Part shown: positions 58,645 to 64,000 of the stretch, piece after piece
Numbering within the stretch: position 1 is the first letter of the stretch
How the letters are laid out: each line of letters begins with the position of its first letter
DNA from: Clostridia bacterium
GTDB taxonomy: Bacteria > Bacillota > Clostridia > Christensenellales > UBA1242
Direction: 5' to 3'
Length of the DNA stretch: 64,000 nt
NCBI GenBank assembly: GCA_017466725.1
Contig: JAFTTP010000002.1
Span: 67,492 to 131,491 of the forward strand
Position numbers and translations under genes: made by a program
The notes under the pieces: generated by a model
Told to the model about the DNA's origin: nothing
What the model saw: only the letters and a program-made list of their open reading frames with translations
Databases searched by the model: none

Positions 58645-60111
58645 TTATTTCATAAGTGGGAACAGTACAACATCTCTAATTGAAGGCTGATTATAAATAA
58701 GCATCAAGAGTCTGTCAAGACCGCAGCCAAGCCCTGAAATTGGAGGCATACCATGTTCCATAGCAAGCATAAATCCTTCGTCTAAATCCATAGTTTCGTC
58801 ATCGCCTTGTTTCTTCGCTTCCAATTGATCTTCAAAAGCCTTTCTTTGAACAATTGGATCTACAAGCTCTGAATAGGCTTTACAAAGCTCTGTCCCCATA
58901 ACAACAACTTGGAATACATCAATAATTCTCTTGTCGTCGTCATTTCTTCTTGCAAGTGGGATAAGCACTGCTGGATAGTTATATAGAATTGTTGGTTGAA
59001 CAATGTTTTCTCTGATTTTTTTCTTATAAACAAAATCAATAATTTGGCTTAAAGACTTGTAATCTTCAAGGTCAGCCATTTTAAATAGTCCAGCGGCAAC
59101 AATCTTATTTTTAAGTTCTACAGGGTCAGTTTCTGCTAAGAAATCAAATCCCATAAGTTCTCTCATTGTTTCAGTATAGTTAATTCTTTCAATGTTCTCT
59201 TTGCCAAAATCTAAAGTCACACCATCTTTTTCAATAGTTGTTTTGCCAGTAAGCTCTAAAACAAGTTTTTTGATAAATCCTTGGAAAAACTTAATATTAT
59301 CTTCAAAATTCCAATAAGATGCATACCACTCTACTTGCGTAAACTCTTGCAAGTGTTGTGTATCCATCCCCTCATTTCTAAAACACTTTGCAACCTCAAA
59401 CACCCTATCAAAGCCGGCAGCAATACATTGTTTCAAATATGTTTCAGGCGCAATACGCAAATTGCATTCTTTATCGAGTGCATTATGATGAGTATAAAAT
59501 GGTCTTGCACTAGCGCCGCACACTGCGCTTTGAAGAATTGGTGTTTCAACTTCCATAAAGCCATTTTCGCCCAAATACTTTCTAATAAATGCAAGCATTT
59601 TACTTCTGCCAACAAAAACATTTCTTGACTCTTCATTTGAAACAAGGTCAAGATATCTTTGACGGTATTTTGCCTCAGTGTCAGTAAGTCCGTGGAACTT
59701 TTCAGGAAGCGGTCTTAATGTTTTTGAAAGAAGTGTAACCTTTTCTGCCTTTACTGTAACTTCGCCAGTTTGGGTGAGATATACTTCACCTTCAACGCCT
59801 ACAAAGTCTGCAATATCTACATATTTTTTGTAGAAGTTGTAAGCCTCTTCATCAAGCTCGTTTCTTCCAACAGAAATTTGAATTTTTGCGTTAATGTCGC
59901 GAATTTGCATAAACCCGAATTTACCCATTACACGTTTAAATACAATTCTACCTGCAACTTTAACTCTTTCGCCAACTTTTTCTCTTGCCTCTGCAATTGT
60001 ACAAGTGCGGTCAAATTTATCTTTATATGGTATTTCTCCCATTTCAATTAAGTCATTGATTTTTTGTCTTCTAATATCAACTTCATTTGATAACATTTGT
60101 GTTTCTGCCAT
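58645..60111 (-). CDS. lysS: Lysyl-tRNA synthetase (class II)
   Basis: OB domain plus class II core (FRNEGMDTQHLQEFT, GLGCGLDRL). The ATG at 60111 after GGAGAA is preferred over 60162. Confidence 0.95.
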   Translation of the reverse strand: MAETQMLSNEVDIRRQKINDLIEMGEIPYKDKFDRTCTIAEAREKVGERVKVAGRIVFKRVMGKFGFMQIRDINAKIQISVGRNELDEEAYNFYKKYVDIADFVGVEGEVYLTQTGEVTVKAEKVTLLSKTLRPLPEKFHGLTDTEAKYRQRYLDLVSNEESRNVFVGRSKMLAFIRKYLGENGFMEVETPILQSAVCGASARPFYTHHNALDKECNLRIAPETYLKQCIAAGFDRVFEVAKCFRNEGMDTQHLQEFTQVEWYASYWNFEDNIKFFQGFIKKLVLELTGKTTIEKDGVTLDFGKENIERINYTETMRELMGFDFLAETDPVELKNKIVAAGLFKMADLEDYKSLSQIIDFVYKKKIRENIVQPTILYNYPAVLIPLARRNDDDKRIIDVFQVVVMGTELCKAYSELVDPIVQRKAFEDQLEAKKQGDDETMDLDEGFMLAMEHGMPPISGLGCGLDRLLMLIYNQPSIRDVVLFPLMK

Positions 60112-60162
60112 TTTTCTTTCTCCTTCAGTGAAAAAGATAGCATAAATTGACAAATAAGTCAA

Positions 60163-60720
60163 TCATTTGTATTTATTTTTATAATAATTATAATTGTTTA
60201 GCACCTTTGCAAGATAACTTCGAGTCTCTTTAAACGGTATATAATCAAGCGTTTTTCCATCACTTGAGTATTCCTTGTTTTCAAGCCAAGAGGTCACATT
60301 GCCTTGTCCTGCATTATATGCACAAATGGCAACTCGTTCATCTTGAAAATGGTTGACTAAAAAAGAAAGATAATATGCACCAAGTTCAATATTATAAATA
60401 GGCTCATGCAACTTTTCTTCGCTATACTCAACATTAAGTTTTAAAGCAAGCCACTTTGCTGTTGACGGCATTAGTTGCATAATACCAACTGCACCTTTGT
60501 TTGAAACCGCTTGCTCGTTAAAATTACTCTCAACATTTGCTACTGAGGCAACAATTGCACTACTTACGCTATATTTCTTTGAAAATTCCTCTATTTGCTG
60601 ACTATACTTAACTGGATAAAAATAAGCATAATACGCCCCCACACAATAGACGCTAAGCAGCGCCATCACGCTGACAGACAACACAATCAACAAACTTCGC
60701 AAGTTAAACAATTTTTTCAC
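60163..60720 (-). CDS. Lytic transglycosylase (SLT domain) with N-terminal anchor
   Basis: ESNFNEQAVSNKGAVGIMQLMPSTA and AYNAG motifs; 185 aa. Confidence 0.88.
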   Translation of the reverse strand: MKKLFNLRSLLIVLSVSVMALLSVYCVGAYYAYFYPVKYSQQIEEFSKKYSVSSAIVASVANVESNFNEQAVSNKGAVGIMQLMPSTAKWLALKLNVEYSEEKLHEPIYNIELGAYYLSFLVNHFQDERVAICAYNAGQGNVTSWLENKEYSSDGKTLDYIPFKETRSYLAKVLNNYNYYKNKYK

Positions 60721-60761
60721 ATTATTATTTTACTTGTTTCTTTAATAAAAATTCAAGTTTT

Positions 60762-61019
60762 CTAAATTTTAACAACACTCATCCTGCCATTTTGCCTAAC
60801 AATTTTAAAAATTCCATAAAACGACCTAAACGGCTTGCTTGAAATGGTCTGCCTCACCACCTGCAACAATCCTGCGTCAAATTGAACGGATATGCCACAC
60901 GCATGCCCAACCTCTCGAGGAGTATTAATAACTGCAACTCGATAGCCGCTATGTAACAGCATGTTAGCCAAATACAATGTTTCATTTCTCGATTTAAAAA
61001 CAGCGATTATATATTGCAT
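60762..61019 (-). CDS. DUF3343-like putative Se/S carrier protein
   Basis: About 85 aa with IIAVFKSRNETLYLANMLLHSGYRVAVINTPREVGHACGISVQF. The ATG at 61019 is preferred. Confidence 0.6.
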   Translation of the reverse strand: MQYIIAVFKSRNETLYLANMLLHSGYRVAVINTPREVGHACGISVQFDAGLLQVVRQTISSKPFRSFYGIFKIVRQNGRMSVVKI

Positions 61020-61089
61020 GTTTCCTCCAAAACCCTGCACAATTTTCCCTTCAATACACTATATTGTAATTATAAAGGAAAGTTTACAA

Positions 61090-62232
61090 ATGATTTATTT
61101 AGATAACAGCGCAAGCACCTATGTAAAGCCAAAAGAAGTTGTAAAAGCAGTCAACGATGCATTGCTTTATTTCAGTGCAAATCCCGGCCGAAGTGGGCAT
61201 CAAGCCAGCGTCAAAACCGCCTTCAAAATAGAAGAGGCAAGAGAAAGGGTTGCTTGTCATTTTAATGTAGAAAGCGGACAAAATATTATTTGGACACAAA
61301 ACTGTTCTCACGCTTTAAATCTTGCCATTTTAGGCTCTGCTAAACGAGGTGGCCACGTAATCGCCACAGAAAATGAGCACAACTCTGTACTTCGCCCGCT
61401 TGAACACCTTAAAAAACAAGGCATTATCGACTATGACATTGCAACTCAGCATGATACCAAAGGGATAACGCTTGATGACATCAAAAAACATGTAAAATCA
61501 AATACGTATATGATTATTTGCAATCATATTTCAAACGTCAACGGCGCAAAAGCCGAAATTAAAGAAATAGGTCAATTTTGCAAACAAAACGGATATATAT
61601 TTCTAGTTGATGGCGCTCAAAGTTGCGGCCATTTAAAAATTGATATGCAAGAAAACAACATTGACTACCTTTCCGTTGCTGGACACAAGGGGTTTTATGC
61701 TCCTCAAAGTATAGGATGCCTTGTAATGAACAACTCTTACCGACCAGAGCCAATCGTATTCGGAGGCACAGGCACAAATTCGCTTGAATTATTTCAGCCT
61801 GACGTGTACCCCGAACGACTTGAAAGTGGCACAATTTCTACTCCACTTATTTTAGGTTTAAGTGCAGGAATTGACTTTGTAGAAAAACATTTTCAAGAAA
61901 TCAATGGGAAAATTGATGATTTATCAACCTACTTAATCTACGAACTAAACAAACTTGATGTATCTCTTTACACTCATCCTGACAACCCGTACGGAGTTGT
62001 TGCATTTAATATTAACGGTATGGACTCTAGCGAGGTTTCAAACATTTTAAACACAAAATACGGCATTTGTGTGCGCGGCGGATATCACTGCGCGCCTCTA
62101 AAACACAAAGCACTTGGCACTCTTTCTCAAGGCGCAGTACGAGTTTCACTTTCTTACTTTAACAGTTTTTCTGAAATACAAAAACTGCTTTTCGCAATCA
62201 AACATATTGCAAAACAAAAGACTAGTATGTAA
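61090..62232 (+). CDS. Cysteine desulfurase-family class V aminotransferase
   Basis: Starts IYLDNSASTYVKP, with PLP-Lys SVAGHKGFYAP and a C-terminal GGYHCAP Cys loop. The ATG at 61090 is preferred; the track's N-terminal extension overlaps the DUF3343 gene. Confidence 0.85.
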   Translation: MIYLDNSASTYVKPKEVVKAVNDALLYFSANPGRSGHQASVKTAFKIEEARERVACHFNVESGQNIIWTQNCSHALNLAILGSAKRGGHVIATENEHNSVLRPLEHLKKQGIIDYDIATQHDTKGITLDDIKKHVKSNTYMIICNHISNVNGAKAEIKEIGQFCKQNGYIFLVDGAQSCGHLKIDMQENNIDYLSVAGHKGFYAPQSIGCLVMNNSYRPEPIVFGGTGTNSLELFQPDVYPERLESGTISTPLILGLSAGIDFVEKHFQEINGKIDDLSTYLIYELNKLDVSLYTHPDNPYGVVAFNINGMDSSEVSNILNTKYGICVRGGYHCAPLKHKALGTLSQGAVRVSLSYFNSFSEIQKLLFAIKHIAKQKTSM

Positions 62233-62262
62233 TTGTTATATTTCAATAACATACTAGTCTTT
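62217..62262. terminator. Bidirectional palindromic terminator, ACTAGTATG-core repeat family, copy 2
   Basis: 14-bp arms: AAAGACTAGTATGT (62217-62230) and ACATACTAGTCTTT (62249-62262), with an 18-nt AT loop. Lies between convergent genes. Confidence 0.8.
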
Positions 62263-62279
62263 GTATAATTATTTTCTGC

Positions 62280-64000
62280 TTATTCTTTGTCCGCTTTTTC
62301 TTCTTTTGGAAGAATTCTCTTAAGGTCAATTCTGCCCTTTTCGTCAATCTTGATAACTTCAACTTCAACTTCGTCACCAATCTTAACTACATCTTCAACT
62401 TTCTCTACTCTCTTGTTTGAAAGCTTAGAAATGTGAATCATGCCTTCTTTATTTCCAGCAAATTCTACAAAGGCGCCAAAGTTCATAATTCTTACAACTT
62501 TTGCATCATATACATCGCCTACTTCTGGAACTTCAACAATTCCTGTAATAATTGCTTTTGCTTTTTCAAGCATAGCCATATCTTGACCGGCAATGAATAC
62601 TTGTCCATCATCTTCAATGTCAATCTTAACGCCCGTTTCATCAATAATCTTATTGATTGTCTTTCCGCCAGAGCCAATAACATCTTTGATAAAGTCTGGG
62701 TTGATTTTCATTGTGATAATCTTAGGTGCATATTTAGAAAGTTCTTTTCTTGGCTGTTGAATTTCTTCGAGAATCTTGCCCATAATGTGCATTCTTCCTT
62801 CCCTTGCTTGTTTTAAAGCAGTTGTAAGGATTTCTCTATCAATTCCTTTGATTTTGATGTCCATTTGAATTGCAGTAACACCCTTAGATGTGCCAGTAAC
62901 TTTAAAGTCCATATCGCCAAGGAAGTCTTCAAGACCTTGAATGTCTGAAAGAACAGCAACACGTCTTGAATTTTCGTCTTTAATAAGCCCCATTGCAATA
63001 CCTGCAACTGGTGCAGAAATTGGAACGCCTGCATCCATAAGTGCAAGTGTTGAGCCGCAAACTGACGCCATTGAAGATGAACCATTTGAAGAAAGTACTT
63101 CAGAAACAAGACGAAGTGCATATGGGAATTCTTCTTCGCTTGGAATAACAGGCTCTAACGCTCTTTCAGCAAGTGCGCCGTGACCGATTTCACGTCTGCC
63201 TGGGCTCTTAATTCCTCTTGCTTCGCCTGTTGCATATGCAGGCATGTTGTAATGGTGAACATAACGATTTACTTCTTCCTCGTCAAGCCCCTCAAGTTTT
63301 TGCATATCAGATACAGTGCCAAGAGTGAGTGCTGTAAGCACTTGAGTTTGTCCACGAGTAAACACCGCACTTCCATGAACTCTTGGAAGAATACCAGTAT
63401 CACACCAAATTGGTCTGATTTCAGTAAGTGCACGGCCATCTGGTCTAATTCCTTTATCAAGTATTTTTGCTCTTACCTTTTCTTTTGTCATTTTATAAAG
63501 TACATTTGCAATTTGTTTTTCACATTCTGGGAAGATTTCAGCAAAGTGGGCTTTAACGTCGGCGTCAACAGCATCTTGTCTTGCCTGTCTTTCTTGTCTG
63601 TCAAATGTGTCAAGTGCATGGTCAAGAAGTTGGTCAGCATATTCTCTTACTGCAACATTGATTTCTTCTGGAACAATGTCGTAAATAAGATTTTCTGCAA
63701 CTGGTTTGCCTATTTCTTCTTTAACTCCTTTAAAGAATGCCACAATCTTCTTGATTTCTTCGTGAGCAGTCATAATTCCTTCAAGAAGAGTTTCTTCTGG
63801 AACTTCTTGTGCACCACCTTCAATCATAAGGACAGCTTCATCTGTACCAGAAACAGTCATGTTCATAGTAGAACGTTCTCTTTCTTCACTATTTGGGTTG
63901 ATAACATATTTGCCATCAACAAGTCCAACTTTAACTGAGCCTGTTGGTCCCATAAATGGGATATCAGAAATTGAAAGTGCAAATGATGATCCGAGCATTG
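62280..64000 (-). CDS. pnp: Polyribonucleotide nucleotidyltransferase (PNPase), 5'-truncated by window edge
   Basis: Second RNase PH domain, KH ([10 protein letters not shown]) and S1 domains. The ORF runs off the right edge of the window. Confidence 0.95.
   Translation of the reverse strand, partial: MLGSSFALSISDIPFMGPTGSVKVGLVDGKYVINPNSEERERSTMNMTVSGTDEAVLMIEGGAQEVPEETLLEGIMTAHEEIKKIVAFFKGVKEEIGKPVAENLIYDIVPEEINVAVREYADQLLDHALDTFDRQERQARQDAVDADVKAHFAEIFPECEKQIANVLYKMTKEKVRAKILDKGIRPDGRALTEIRPIWCDTGILPRVHGSAVFTRGQTQVLTALTLGTVSDMQKLEGLDEEEVNRYVHHYNMPAYATGEARGIKSPGRREIGHGALAERALEPVIPSEEEFPYALRLVSEVLSSNGSSSMASVCGSTLALMDAGVPISAPVAGIAMGLIKDENSRRVAVLSDIQGLEDFLGDMDFKVTGTSKGVTAIQMDIKIKGIDREILTTALKQAREGRMHIMGKILEEIQQPRKELSKYAPKIITMKINPDFIKDVIGSGGKTINKIIDETGVKIDIEDDGQVFIAGQDMAMLEKAKAIITGIVEVPEVGDVYDAKVVRIMNFGAFVEFAGNKEGMIHISKLSNKRVEKVEDVVKIGDEVEVEVIKIDEKGRIDLKRILPKEEKADKE

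Noticed and set aside
63180-63938. A 252-aa plus-strand ORF antisense to pnp. Similar long antisense ORFs include 56451-57035, 38772-39173, 62433-62816 and 23328-23675.
   Set aside because: They lie entirely inside well-supported housekeeping genes on the other strand. Their composition is F/S/C/N-rich and low-complexity, and they have no SD. These are typical shadow ORFs produced by codon bias in AT-rich genomes.

Overview
This is an AT-rich, gene-dense chromosomal segment. It looks like it comes from an endospore-forming, low-GC Firmicute (Clostridia-like), judged by gene content and order only. All protein calls rest on motifs and synteny read by eye; no database search was run.

Plus-strand block, left to right:
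- nusA (5' end cut by the window edge), ylxR, an L7Ae-like gene, infB, rbfA, nrnA-like, truB
- a TIM-barrel Nfo-like gene, then efp
- a complete spoIIIAA-AH operon
- asp23-like, nusB, xseA, xseB
- an L20-leader-like attenuator followed by infC (ATT start), rpmI, rplT
- a TrmH-family methyltransferase and yebC
- ruvC, ruvA, ruvB, queA, tgt, then rny

A small accessory-looking patch at about 24.5-29.1 kb carries:
- a membrane-tethered XRE regulator with a zinc ribbon
- a small exporter-like membrane protein
- a 563-aa membrane-anchored PadR fusion
- a repeat-dense 450-bp spacer
- an orphan polybasic protein coupled to serS

The rest is mostly on the minus strand:
- a Xer-like recombinase (plus strand), then spoIVB, recN, argR
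- thiI, a cysteine desulfurase, pheT and pheS, all behind a Phe T-box
- asnS, aspS, spoIIP
- a tRNA-Leu
- an orphan EncFtn-like ferritin
- clpX, clpP, tig
- gap, rpiB, a low-molecular-weight phosphatase, rsfS
- yhbY, obg, nth, lysS, a lytic transglycosylase
- a DUF3343/cysteine desulfurase pair
- pnp (5' end cut by the window edge)

I recognised no rRNA, CRISPR array, IS element or prophage.

Most noteworthy observations:
- a tRNA-Leu whose anticodon loop reads as AAG (A34)
- a family of intergenic palindromic terminators sharing an ACTAGTATG/CATACTAGT core
- three genes with a -10 hexamer ending exactly 6 nt before an SD-less ATG, making them leaderless-mRNA candidates
- several orphan or unusual-architecture proteins

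I did not find a clear multi-gene novel system.
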